Assembly: GCA_903840015.1 (NCBI GenBank)
Contig: CAIMEL010000004.1
Coordinates: 30,671-94,670 of the forward strand
Length of the DNA stretch: 64,000 bases
Reading direction: 5' to 3'
Origin: an uncultured bacterium
GTDB taxonomy: Bacteria > Patescibacteriota > Dojkabacteria > SC72
This document shows, in pieces, positions 8,752 through 18,229 of the stretch. The stretch's first letter is position 1; each line of letters starts with the position of its first letter. The notes beneath the pieces were generated by a model, which worked only from the letters and a program-made list of their open reading frames with translations, made no database searches and had not been told where the DNA came from. A program made the position numbers and the translations under genes.

Positions 8752-9172
8752 TTTAGTTGAAACAATAATTTTAGAGAAGAGTAAGATAGACAGTAATTTT
8801 AAAAACTCTCTTGAGTTAAAACTAACTGAAAAGTTAGAAAACAAAAATAAATTTATTCTATTTAATACAATGAGAAAGATATTAATAATATCTCTTGTAC
8901 TATTCCTGGTCGTATGTGGAGGATACATAGGTTATGGATTACTCCAAGAGAAGAATACTCCAGAACCAATAGAGAGTGATCATCAAGAGGAGGAAACAAA
9001 TAATATTGGTATAGCAAATCCCGCATCAACTAACTGTATTGAAAAGGGAGGAAAAGTAATAATCGAAGAGGAGAGTGAGGGACAGGTTGGATACTGTGTT
9101 TTTGATGATAGCAGCAAATGTGAAGAATGGTCATTTTACAGAGGAGAGTGTAAAAAGGGTGATATGAAGTAG
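8738..9172 (+). CDS. membrane-anchored DUF333 (putative-hemolysin-like) domain protein; candidate anti-sigma factor
   Basis: 144 aa; overlaps the sigma factor gene by 14 nt; central TM; C-terminal Cys-containing NPASTNC..GG......GYC..DD.S.CEEW.F.RGEC matches the DUF333 pattern. Confidence 0.55.
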   Translation: MRKYDLVETIILEKSKIDSNFKNSLELKLTEKLENKNKFILFNTMRKILIISLVLFLVVCGGYIGYGLLQEKNTPEPIESDHQEEETNNIGIANPASTNCIEKGGKVIIEEESEGQVGYCVFDDSSKCEEWSFYRGECKKGDMK

Positions 9173-9394
9173 CTAATTACTGGCGGCCCATAGTATTTGC
9201 ACCTCTTTTTTGATATAATATTGTATATAAATATAACTGCTCTTTATATATTAAAACATTTGAAACAATTTAATTCGTTTCAAATATTTTCGAGTAAAGC
9301 TATAAGGGTTCAACATAATAGAAAACAATCTATTGCTTTTTACTAAGTTGGACTCTTACCAAAGAGATAACACAGACCCCACAAGGAGTACATC

Positions 9395-9511
9395 ATGACC
9401 CCAGCTTTACTCGAACTCGTTTGCTATGTTGTTATAGGCATCATTGCCTTAATTCTCCTCGGAGGAATAGCTGTCTTCATTGCAGCAAACATACCAGGAA
9501 AAAAAGAATAA
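9395..9511 (+). CDS. small membrane peptide (38 aa), not in ORF track
   Basis: ATG preceded by AAGGAG SD at 7-nt spacing; MTPALLELVCYVVIGIIALILLGGIAVFIAANIPGKKE is a single TM helix with a charged C-terminus. Confidence 0.4.
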   Translation: MTPALLELVCYVVIGIIALILLGGIAVFIAANIPGKKE

Positions 9512-9520
9512 CAGCAGGCA

Positions 9521-9580
9521 CCCGAAGGGATGTAATATATTTGGACTTCATAGTCTACAATATCTCTTTCATCCCTTCGG
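9521..9580. terminator. 11-bp inverted repeat (CCGAAGGGATG...CATCCCTTCGG) between convergent genes; possible terminator/RNA-stability hairpin (no clear U-tract)
   Basis: Perfect 11-bp stem with 37-nt loop containing a smaller GACT..AGTC hairpin; lies between the small peptide gene (+) and the helicase gene (-). Confidence 0.35.
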
Positions 9581-9587
9581 TAAATCT

Positions 9588-10781
9588 CTAAACAAACGTT
9601 AAAGCAAAACCTTTCTTTCCAGCTCTTCCTGTTCTACCTATACGGTGAATATAATCATCATAAGTCTGAGGCATATCATAATTGATAACATGTGAGATAT
9701 TATTTACATCTAAGCCTCTAGAAGCTACATCAGTAGCTATTAGGACATCAATAAAACCCTTCTTAAACTTATCAATAATCTTTGTTCTCTGATTCTGCCT
9801 CTTGTCACCATGTAATGCTTCTACATAAATATGTTTCTCTAATAATCTCTTACAAAGCCTATCTGCCTCTCTCTTAGTAGATGTAAATATCAAAACCTTC
9901 TTTAATTCCTCATGTGTAAGTAATTCTAACAAAACATCCCCTTTGTTCTGATCTTTTTCTAATCTAACAACATCTTGATCAACATTCTTACCAGGACCTT
10001 GAACTTCAACTTCGACTTTAATAGGGTTGAGGAGTAATGTATTAGCTATCTCTTCAGACTTTCTATCCATAGTTGCAGAAAAAAACAGAGATTGTCTATT
10101 TTTATTTAACTTCTGAATAATGAATCTAATATCAGCGATAAAGCCCATATCTAACATTCTATCTACCTCATCCAATACAACATTATTTATGTATGAAAGA
10201 TCTAGATACCCTCTCTCTGTTAAATCCTTAAGTCTTCCAGGAGTACATATGACGAACTCTGGATCAGTTCTCAAAACATTTATTTGAGTCTTCATACTAT
10301 TTCCACCCATAATTAGAACACTCTTCAGACCTGTGTTCCTAGACAAACTTCTAAATTCGTCTTGAATCTGTATTGCAAGCTCTCTAGTAGGCTCTACAAT
10401 AAGGCACTTGTCATATCTATTCTTCATGATCTTGTTAATCATTGGAATTAAGAAAGCAGCTGTCTTCCCAGAGCCGGTACTTGCAATTCCTAATATATCT
10501 TTACCTTTCAAAATCTCAGGAATAGCCTGATACTGTATCTTAGTAGGGTTACTATACCCTTTAGAATATATATTGTTCTTAAGTATCGTATGTATATCAA
10601 ATTGAGAGTAGTTATAGTCATCTACGAACATATTAACTGGTTCGGTATCTACAGCTTTTGCTATCAATTTATCAATACTAATTGTACTTGATCTTTGAGA
10701 AAATCTAGACCCTCTATTCCTGGATCCCGAATATCCTCTATGTGAGCGGTATCCGCTCTTGTTTGTGTGATTGTATCTCAC
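9588..10781 (-). CDS. DEAD-box ATP-dependent RNA helicase
   Basis: 397 aa; Q-motif region, Walker A GSGKT, DEVD (DEAD-box variant), SAT, HRIGRTGR motifs; N-terminal R/S/G-rich tail. Confidence 0.9.
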   Translation of the reverse strand: MRYNHTNKSGYRSHRGYSGSRNRGSRFSQRSSTISIDKLIAKAVDTEPVNMFVDDYNYSQFDIHTILKNNIYSKGYSNPTKIQYQAIPEILKGKDILGIASTGSGKTAAFLIPMINKIMKNRYDKCLIVEPTRELAIQIQDEFRSLSRNTGLKSVLIMGGNSMKTQINVLRTDPEFVICTPGRLKDLTERGYLDLSYINNVVLDEVDRMLDMGFIADIRFIIQKLNKNRQSLFFSATMDRKSEEIANTLLLNPIKVEVEVQGPGKNVDQDVVRLEKDQNKGDVLLELLTHEELKKVLIFTSTKREADRLCKRLLEKHIYVEALHGDKRQNQRTKIIDKFKKGFIDVLIATDVASRGLDVNNISHVINYDMPQTYDDYIHRIGRTGRAGKKGFALTFV

Positions 10782-10930
10782 GGTTGTATTTATTTATTTT
10801 ATTTTCTGTTCGTATAGAAACCGAAAATAAAATTTAAACCGTTAGGTGCTTATCTCGAAGAATCTACATTAAACGAAGACAGAGTATACCATGATATGTA
10901 AAATTAGTATATACAAGATAAAAAAAACAT

Positions 10931-11075
10931 TTGACATCTATTTCTAAAGGTAGTAACATGTCGATTACCCAATCACTACGGTGGTGATTGACAGAATTAG
11001 GAAGCAGAAACCTAACCAGTTTCAACTATTCAATTAGTAAGTGCTTCCTTTTTCGCTTTTTCAGACGATACCAAC
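10931..11075 (+). promoter_or_regulatory. sigma70-like promoter (TTGACA-17-TAACAT), then two hairpins and a U-tract; candidate sRNA or attenuating leader of the downstream ATP-grasp gene
   Basis: TTGACA at 10931-10936, 17-nt spacer, TAACAT; downstream hairpin CAATCAC-TACGGTG-GTGATTG; nested hairpin GGAAGCA...TGCTTCC followed by TTTTTCGCTTTTTC. Confidence 0.35.
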
Positions 11076-11175
11076 AATTCGCTTTCCCATACACTTTCAA
11101 GTATAATGTAAATATAGAAGAGCAAATTCCTCATCTCAATTTCTTTTTCTAGATCGATATATTATCAACCTTACT

Positions 11176-12048
11176 ATGAAGAAGAATTCAAAAGAAATGG
11201 AGATATTAGTCTTACCTCCCACAGAAAACATACAGGCCATAATAAAGAATTTGCCTGTTAAGTTAACTACAGCGTACTACTACTCTTTGCAATTTCAATT
11301 AAAAAACAACAATACACAAATCCTTCTAAATGGAAGAGATATTAAAGAATTCTCTTTTGTATGGCTTTCTTCCTCGTGGAATACAAGAGATTTAGCTACT
11401 GCAGTAAAAATATACTTAGAGGAGTCCTCAACCCCTCATAGCTTTGTAGAGCAGAATACTTCAAAGATAACGGACAGTATGACATTTGTATTAAACGATA
11501 TTCCATATCCCAATACATACTTTGTTGAAAGTATGAAGACTATGGATCATCTAAAACAGATAGAGAAAACCTGTGGGTATCCTTTGATTATGAAGGATTC
11601 AAAAGGTTTCGGAGGAAATGATATGTCATATATCTCCTGTGAAGAAGAGTTAAAGAAAGTAATATCAAAAAATCATCAAAACAAAAAATATATATTCCAA
11701 CAATATATTCCAAACAACTATGATTGGGGAGTGTTAGTTTCGAACAACAGAATAGTCTCTGCGGAAAGAAGCTACCCAAAACCCGGTGAATTTAGAAACA
11801 ACTGCTCAGCAGGTGCCACAGAGATCTTTGATGATATTAAGAACATACCAGCAGGAGTAAAAGCAATAGCATTAAAAGCTAGTACACTTCTCGGCCTACA
11901 ATGGTCAAGATCAGACATTATCATAGACAAAATATCAAACAAACCATATTTACTAGAAGTAAACAGATTCCCAGGAATCACTCTTGATAGTACAGAGGTA
12001 GTAGGGGCAAACAGTTTTCTCAGAAGTTGTCTTGCAGAGATAGGGTAA
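11176..12048 (+). CDS. ATP-grasp fold protein, RimK/glutathione-synthetase-like
   Basis: 290 aa; C-terminal half has the ATP-grasp pattern (..QQYIP...D.GV......V.....R.....EFR.N...G......D......A..A...LGL....SDII.D......LEVN..PG). Confidence 0.65.
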   Translation: MKKNSKEMEILVLPPTENIQAIIKNLPVKLTTAYYYSLQFQLKNNNTQILLNGRDIKEFSFVWLSSSWNTRDLATAVKIYLEESSTPHSFVEQNTSKITDSMTFVLNDIPYPNTYFVESMKTMDHLKQIEKTCGYPLIMKDSKGFGGNDMSYISCEEELKKVISKNHQNKKYIFQQYIPNNYDWGVLVSNNRIVSAERSYPKPGEFRNNCSAGATEIFDDIKNIPAGVKAIALKASTLLGLQWSRSDIIIDKISNKPYLLEVNRFPGITLDSTEVVGANSFLRSCLAEIG

Positions 12049-12101
12049 ATAAAAAAGAGAAGATACAAGTACCTTCTCTTTGATATAACACAAGTAGTAA
12101 A

Positions 12102-12308
12102 TTACTCTACTAATTTAATGTTAACAGCATTCAATCCTTTTGGTGTCTCTTCAACTTCATAAGTGACAACATCACCTACTTTTAGCTTTCGAGTTGCTAA
12201 TTCACCCTCTAAAGAGTTCTCATGAAAGAAAATGTCTCTCTCTGATCCTTCCTTACTGATGAAACCAAAACCTTTGTCAGTAACTGTTTTTACTGTACCT
12301 TGTTCCAT
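12102..12308 (-). CDS. cspA: cold-shock protein (CspA family)
   Basis: 68 aa; GTVKTVTDKGFGFI..EGSERDIFFH RNP1/RNP2 cold-shock domain motifs. Confidence 0.9.
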   Translation of the reverse strand: MEQGTVKTVTDKGFGFISKEGSERDIFFHENSLEGELATRKLKVGDVVTYEVEETPKGLNAVNIKLVE

Positions 12309-12469
12309 AATATTGTGGAATAAAATTAAAGCTTTGGATCTCTTTTGAAAATTTCTTTAAAATCGTCTTAATACTTCCTCTACTGTATAGACATCATAAC
12401 ACGAAACAGTACAGATGTCTTAACATTCAGAAAATCAAAATAGCAATACTTTCTTGATATAATAGCCTC

Positions 12470-13912
12470 ATGATTGTTGGACATAACATAACAAAAGCTT
12501 TTGATTCCAGAATTCTGTTTACAAATGTAAGCTTCAAGATCACTGGTAGAAAGAAAATAGGGTTAGTAGGTAAAAATGGATGTGGTAAATCTACTCTGTT
12601 TAAAATAATAAATGGAGAGGAAGAAAGTACAGATGGAAGTATAGATATTGTAAATGAAAAGATTGGATATATACCTCAGGAGTTTTCATTCCCAGATGAG
12701 TTAGTCGGAATATATTTAGAAGAACAGTTAGAAAGTACTTGGGACTATTACAAGATTGAGAAATTAGCTTCCCAATTAAATTTCGTAAACTTCGACCCAT
12801 ATCAAAGTCTTTCAACCTTAAGTGAGGGGCAAAAAATGAAAGTTAAACTGATAGAGATGATGCTCCATGAACCTACAACACTCTTCATCGATGAACCTAC
12901 AAATCACCTAGATATGGAAGGTATAGAATGGTTTGAAAAATACATTAAAAGCTTGAATATCTCAGTCATTATGATCTCACATGACAGAACATTTTTGAAT
13001 AATGTTGTAGATGAGATTTGGGAGATTGAACGTAAGGGTATAATTCGTTATGTAGGTAACTATGATAACTACAAAGAGGAGAAGCTCAATTTGATAGATA
13101 AATGGAATGATGAATTTAAGGCTCAAGAAAGAAAACGTGCACAACTTGAAAAACTACTTGAGAATGTGAAGAAGATAGGAGATGGGAAGAAGCGTAGTAG
13201 GGCAGTTAGTGCAGCAAAGACAAGAATCAGTAGGTTAGATAAAGACAAGAAATATAGCTATGTTTCTGAAACTGTTAAGAGTATAAAGATAGATACAGAA
13301 GTACATAAATCAAAGTTAATGCTACGATTCTCCGATGTGTCTAAGAGTTATGACAAAAATACTGTTTTCCAGAATCTAAATCTTGAACTTAGAGGAGGAG
13401 AGAAAGTTTGGTTATTTGGACCTAATGGAGCAGGCAAATCAACTATCGTTAAAATAATTACTGGATTGGAAAGTATTGATTCAGGAGATGTTAAGTTAGG
13501 AGAGAATATACGTTTAGGATATTTCTCACAAATTCAGAAGAAGATAGATAGCAAGAATAGTATTCTTGATGAATTTACTAAGAGAACTGGTTGCTACTTT
13601 GCTCATGCATACGGATATTTAGACAAATTTCTTTTTAAAAAGGAGGATGTAACTAAGAGTATCTCCTTGTTAAGTCCTGGAGAAAGAGCTAGATTTGAAT
13701 TCGCAATATTTAGTTACTATGACTATGATATGTTGATACTGGATGAGCCAGATAACCACTTGGATATTGAGACTAAAGAGGTGTTAGAAGAGAGTCTTCG
13801 TGCATACAAAGGAACTATGCTGCTAGTATCACATGATAGATATTTTGTTGGAAATAGTGGTATTACAAAAGTTTTGAATTTAAAGAATGGGATTCTTAAA
13901 GATATACTCTAA
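12470..13912 (+). CDS. ABC-F family ATPase (tandem nucleotide-binding domains; translation-factor type)
   Basis: 480 aa; two Walker A motifs (GKNGCGKST, GPNGAGKST), two ABC signature motifs (LSEGQKMKVKL, LSPGERARFEFA), charged inter-domain linker, no TM domain. Confidence 0.85.
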   Translation: MIVGHNITKAFDSRILFTNVSFKITGRKKIGLVGKNGCGKSTLFKIINGEEESTDGSIDIVNEKIGYIPQEFSFPDELVGIYLEEQLESTWDYYKIEKLASQLNFVNFDPYQSLSTLSEGQKMKVKLIEMMLHEPTTLFIDEPTNHLDMEGIEWFEKYIKSLNISVIMISHDRTFLNNVVDEIWEIERKGIIRYVGNYDNYKEEKLNLIDKWNDEFKAQERKRAQLEKLLENVKKIGDGKKRSRAVSAAKTRISRLDKDKKYSYVSETVKSIKIDTEVHKSKLMLRFSDVSKSYDKNTVFQNLNLELRGGEKVWLFGPNGAGKSTIVKIITGLESIDSGDVKLGENIRLGYFSQIQKKIDSKNSILDEFTKRTGCYFAHAYGYLDKFLFKKEDVTKSISLLSPGERARFEFAIFSYYDYDMLILDEPDNHLDIETKEVLEESLRAYKGTMLLVSHDRYFVGNSGITKVLNLKNGILKDIL

Positions 13913-14052
13913 TCATCTCTATTTACTTCTTTCTTTGGAATGATATATAATTCCAAATTATGGAAATAGTAAACCATTTTAATACAATTAAGTCATATTC
14001 ACTTATCCCATCTATGTGTTGGGCTACACTTGTTGAGCCTACACACTGTACT

Positions 14053-14120
14053 GGAGGTTTTCTATATCATTAATCAAAGCAAATTGTTAGTGAAAAACCT
14101 CCAAATACGGAGGTTTTTTT
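14053..14120 (+). promoter_or_regulatory. intrinsic terminator (AAAACCTCC-AAATAC-GGAGGTTTT + T-tract) with mutually exclusive upstream pairing (GGAGGTTTTC:GAAAAACCTCC); attenuator/riboswitch-like expression platform
   Basis: The segment AACCTCC (14095-14101) can pair either with GGAGGTTTTC at 14053-14062 (antiterminator) or with GGAGGTT at 14109-14115 (terminator followed by TTTTTTTATTTT). Lies ~180 nt after the ABC-F stop and ~100 nt before the MFS start. Confidence 0.45.
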
Positions 14121-14217
14121 ATTTTCCACGACTAAAGTATTTGGAAGTTTAACACCCTCAAGTTGAGAGATTTGAGAGGTGCTCATTAACAAATACTAAA
14201 TAAAAAGGAGAATAGAA

Positions 14218-15393
14218 ATGAAAAACACTTTTAAATGGCCTAAAGAGATTTATGTGTATTGGCTTGTAGAATTCATCCATGGTATTGAGCTCATAGGGGC
14301 CGTCCTTTTAATCTTTTTCAAAGATTGGGGAGGTCTAAATCAGGCTCATACCCAAATGCTTCAGAGTTGGTTTACCCTATGGATATTTATCTTAGAGATT
14401 CCTACTGGAGTATATGGAGATGTCTACGGAAAAAAGAAGTCTGTAATAACGGGATTGATATTCCACACGCTGGGAATTGTAGTGTATACAATTGCCCCCA
14501 ATATATGGCTATTTCTACTTGGTGAATTCATATTCGCACTAGGAGTAGCATTCATATCAGGAGCTCAGGAGGCTTGGATATATGATACAACGAAAAAACT
14601 CGGAATTGAGAAGAGGTACAGAGATGTTTCCATAACTGGTAGTAATTTGCATATGATAGGGATGATTGTAGCATCTTTAATATATATACCTTTAAGTAGG
14701 TACTTTTCCGTGGATAATCTGTTTCGTTTGGGTATAGTTCCAAACGTACTATCAATAATTCTCTTTACATTGTTCATAAAGGGGACTGATAGTCAGAACG
14801 GATTGAAACCTGATTACATCGGGATAGTAAAAAAAGGTATGGCAGCAATTACGAAAAATGCTAATCTTAAGAGATTAACTGTGTTTGTCTCTGTAGTTGC
14901 AACCGCCAGCTATTTCGTCATATGGCTTTACCAAGAGTCTCTTAGAGTCTCAAATACACCAGAACCTGAATGGGGTGTATACCGAACAGTACTGTTGATT
15001 TCACAGATAATTCTTGTTCGGATATTAGGAAAGGTATTCAAGAAGTCAAAGCGATTTGCATATTTCGTGATAACACTTCTGGTATCTGCTGGGTTCCTAA
15101 TTGGAGGGATATCGCAAAGTAACATCGGGCTGATTGTCTTACTTGTTCTATCAGGAGGTATAGGCTTGCAAGTAAATACAATTCTCTCAAAGGAGATAAA
15201 TGAGGAGATCGACTCTGAACAAAGAGCCACAGTACTCTCATTTATCGGAATGCTGAAGAGATTAATGCTCACAGTATTTAATCCGGTGATAGGATATCTT
15301 GTAGATTTGAAAGGGGTATATGTCGCTTTCATAATCTTGGGATTATTTACTCTGCTCGCACTGTGGTTTAAGCCCAAAATTAAATTAAAATAG
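14218..15393 (+). CDS. MFS-family transporter
   Basis: 391 aa; about 12 predicted TM helices; AAGGAG SD 8 nt upstream of ATG. Confidence 0.75.
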   Translation: MKNTFKWPKEIYVYWLVEFIHGIELIGAVLLIFFKDWGGLNQAHTQMLQSWFTLWIFILEIPTGVYGDVYGKKKSVITGLIFHTLGIVVYTIAPNIWLFLLGEFIFALGVAFISGAQEAWIYDTTKKLGIEKRYRDVSITGSNLHMIGMIVASLIYIPLSRYFSVDNLFRLGIVPNVLSIILFTLFIKGTDSQNGLKPDYIGIVKKGMAAITKNANLKRLTVFVSVVATASYFVIWLYQESLRVSNTPEPEWGVYRTVLLISQIILVRILGKVFKKSKRFAYFVITLLVSAGFLIGGISQSNIGLIVLLVLSGGIGLQVNTILSKEINEEIDSEQRATVLSFIGMLKRLMLTVFNPVIGYLVDLKGVYVAFIILGLFTLLALWFKPKIKLK

Positions 15394-15475
15394 TATTTGT
15401 GAAATGAGTTTGGGTGTCTGAACATATATCAATTATTGATATACTAGTAGGACACCCTAAATTCTGCTGATATCC

Positions 15476-17356
15476 CTACCTTTTCCAACTCTTCCTAATT
15501 ATTCTGAAAAGAAAGATATCGAGCAAAGCTATCCAAATGAATGTTGCAGAAATACGTAAACTGTTATTTATAAGGAATGGTATTCCAAAGACTTTCCCGG
15601 CATAAAGATAGTTACCAAATTTCTTCGCTGCGATATCATCTTTTGATACTACAATAATCTTCTCACAATCTATCTTCTCCTTCATAGTACATTTCAAATA
15701 TCCAACTTCACTTCCCGAATCAACAGAACCACCTAACGCACCACTTGAAATATAATTCGTGCCACCTATCAGATACTCACCCATGACATGGGAATGACCC
15801 GATATGAAAGCAGATACATTATGTTTCTTCATCAACTCCATTAGATACTCACTCTCTGCCTTGCTATACATAGTATGCCTTAACTCTTCATCTATTTGAT
15901 TGGACTCATCAAAAAGTCCTGTCACAGTATTAACAGGAGACATATGTGAGAAAACAATGATGTTTTTCTGAATGGCTTCTTCTAAAAGTCTCTCCAACCA
16001 GTCCATTTGAACAGTACCAATTACAGAGCCGGAAGTATCTAAGAAAACATATAGCGTATCTCTTAGAACAAAAGAGTAATACCTTGGTCCAAAATATTTA
16101 TCATACATTTTTCCTCCATCATTCCAGACATCATGATTACCAATGGTAGTATATATACCAACGGGAAGAGACTTGGCTATGGAAGATGCAATCATATATT
16201 CAGTAGGATATCCCCAGTTAACAATATCACCATTCCATATAATGAAATCTGGTTTTTCCTTCAGAGTCTTCTTTACCTCCGGTATATATGTTGAGTAACC
16301 CGAATGAAGATCAGACATCACATAGAAGGTTGTTTCATCTCTCTCTGAGAACTCGCGTGCAGTAGAAATGGTATATTTCTTACCTTTCTCTACCTTAATA
16401 TCTCTCCAATACCCTTTGTCAGTAAAAAAATATGAACTACTTTGAACAGAGGTTATCAAATTCTCATTATCAATACTTTCCTTCTCCCAATATTCAGCTA
16501 CAGGACTCTTTTTAAACTCACTCTCTCTACCATTGATATAGAAGAAGGAGTTACTTAGTGAATTTAGAATTCTTACCCTTACAGTTTGTGTAGAACTACT
16601 TTCAATCGACACCTTGAGTTGAGGATCATTCATTGCTATCACTATCTCTCCATCTAAGCCAATCCTTGGATCTAACATTTCAATTTCCCAAGGAAGATTT
16701 TCTGTAAAATCATAATCTATCAACTTGTAATCAGTATAGTCATAAATATACCCACCCTCTACGAGTACTTGTATTTTTGGAAAAGAATTATTTTCTGAAT
16801 AGAAAGGAAGTCCCTCACCCCTTGGAGTATTGAATAATCCAAGGTACTCTTCCCATTTAAAGGACCATATCAAAGTAAAGAACAGTAGAAAAACAAGGAA
16901 GAATATCTTAGTTACCCAATCAAATTTAATATATTTACCATCTAACCAACTCACATTATCTTTAATCATACTTTTAATGATGTCGAGCCTACTTAAGAAA
17001 AAGAGGAAGGAAAATATGACGAGAAGAAAAAGAGCAGGAGAAATGAGTTGATTATTTATCAAACCATAGTAGAAAACATAAAGGAGAGCAGAGTAATACT
17101 GATACTTTAACAAAATACGACCTTCTTCTTTGAAAAAGAAGAGTAGAGCGCCTCCTGCAATTCCACAGAGTCCATTTATGATTCCAATTGAAACTAAAAG
17201 AAAATGAACTTCACCTCTTGAATATGAATCTGTTACTGTTAGAAGTAAAAGTAATCCTAATACAGAAGCCAAAACTGCAACTGTTCTAGTTAACACAAAA
17301 CTTGTTTTAAGAGTTTTCATATTATTCAGTATATATATATTGAGAAAGAAATTCAC
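15476..17356 (-). CDS. membrane-anchored calcineurin-like metallophosphoesterase (purple-acid-phosphatase-like)
   Basis: 626 aa; about 6 N-terminal TM helices; phosphoesterase motifs D..H (DLHSG), GDIVNWG, GNHD, GHSH; C-terminal TM. Confidence 0.7.
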   Translation of the reverse strand: MNFFLNIYILNNMKTLKTSFVLTRTVAVLASVLGLLLLLTVTDSYSRGEVHFLLVSIGIINGLCGIAGGALLFFFKEEGRILLKYQYYSALLYVFYYGLINNQLISPALFLLVIFSFLFFLSRLDIIKSMIKDNVSWLDGKYIKFDWVTKIFFLVFLLFFTLIWSFKWEEYLGLFNTPRGEGLPFYSENNSFPKIQVLVEGGYIYDYTDYKLIDYDFTENLPWEIEMLDPRIGLDGEIVIAMNDPQLKVSIESSSTQTVRVRILNSLSNSFFYINGRESEFKKSPVAEYWEKESIDNENLITSVQSSSYFFTDKGYWRDIKVEKGKKYTISTAREFSERDETTFYVMSDLHSGYSTYIPEVKKTLKEKPDFIIWNGDIVNWGYPTEYMIASSIAKSLPVGIYTTIGNHDVWNDGGKMYDKYFGPRYYSFVLRDTLYVFLDTSGSVIGTVQMDWLERLLEEAIQKNIIVFSHMSPVNTVTGLFDESNQIDEELRHTMYSKAESEYLMELMKKHNVSAFISGHSHVMGEYLIGGTNYISSGALGGSVDSGSEVGYLKCTMKEKIDCEKIIVVSKDDIAAKKFGNYLYAGKVFGIPFLINNSLRISATFIWIALLDIFLFRIIRKSWKR

Positions 17357-17391
17357 TATAATAGGTGTAATAAAATTATTACAAGTAAGCT

Positions 17392-18162
17392 ATGCTTCTC
17401 AATCTACTTTATGTTTTCCTCTTTATCCTACTTTTACAAGTACTGTTCTTCATATATGCAGTTATTAATAAAACAGATAAAGTAACAGACCTCTCATACG
17501 GTCTTACCTTCGTATTTGGAGGTGCTTTTGCTCTCTTGCTTAATTGGGGAAATATATCTCTATTCAAAATCCTACTGTTTTCACTCATAGCTATATGGGG
17601 ATTGAGATTAGCCATATATCTGTTCATCAGAATACTAAGAACTGGTAAAGACAAACGTTTTGATGGAATTAGAGAAGAGTGGAAGAGATTTGGATCTTTT
17701 TGGCTCTTACAAGCAGTATCTGTATTCATAATTTTACTTCCAGCCACATATATATTTCTTTATCCCTACGAGACTTCATTGAATACCATTTCGGTTTTGG
17801 GCTTCATTGTTGCCTTCATTGGGATATTAATAGAAGGTATTGCAGATTATCAGAAATTTGTTTTTAAAAATAAAACAGAAAACAAAAACAAATGGATAGC
17901 AACAGGACTATGGAAATATTCTAGACACCCTAATTACTTGGGAGAAATAATGATGTGGAAAGGTGTTTTTGTATATGCCCTTGTTTACTTGAACGATCCA
18001 GCTCTTCTTACAATAATTTCTCCATTATTCATAACATATCTTCTAACAAAGGTAAGTGGTATTCCTACTTTAGAAAAAGAGTATGAGAAGAGATATGCAG
18101 ATGATCGTACATATCAAGAGTACAAAGAGAAAACAGGAATACTATTTCCTAAGATAATTTAA
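17392..18162 (+). CDS. DUF1295/steroid-5-alpha-reductase/ICMT-like polytopic membrane protein
   Basis: 256 aa; multi-TM; YSRHPNYLGE motif characteristic of the DUF1295/ICMT-like superfamily. Confidence 0.55.
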   Translation: MLLNLLYVFLFILLLQVLFFIYAVINKTDKVTDLSYGLTFVFGGAFALLLNWGNISLFKILLFSLIAIWGLRLAIYLFIRILRTGKDKRFDGIREEWKRFGSFWLLQAVSVFIILLPATYIFLYPYETSLNTISVLGFIVAFIGILIEGIADYQKFVFKNKTENKNKWIATGLWKYSRHPNYLGEIMMWKGVFVYALVYLNDPALLTIISPLFITYLLTKVSGIPTLEKEYEKRYADDRTYQEYKEKTGILFPKII

Positions 18163-18229
18163 CAAATTGACCCTAATACTGAAATGATCTACACTATACT
18201 GTATGGTGTAATCTTTTATTCATGGTGAT

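Noticed and set aside
9173-9394. Possible terminator hairpin near GGCGGCCCATAGTATTTGCACCTCTTTTTT downstream of the DUF333 gene
   Set aside because: A T-tract is present, but no convincing stem can be drawn immediately upstream of it. Left uncalled.
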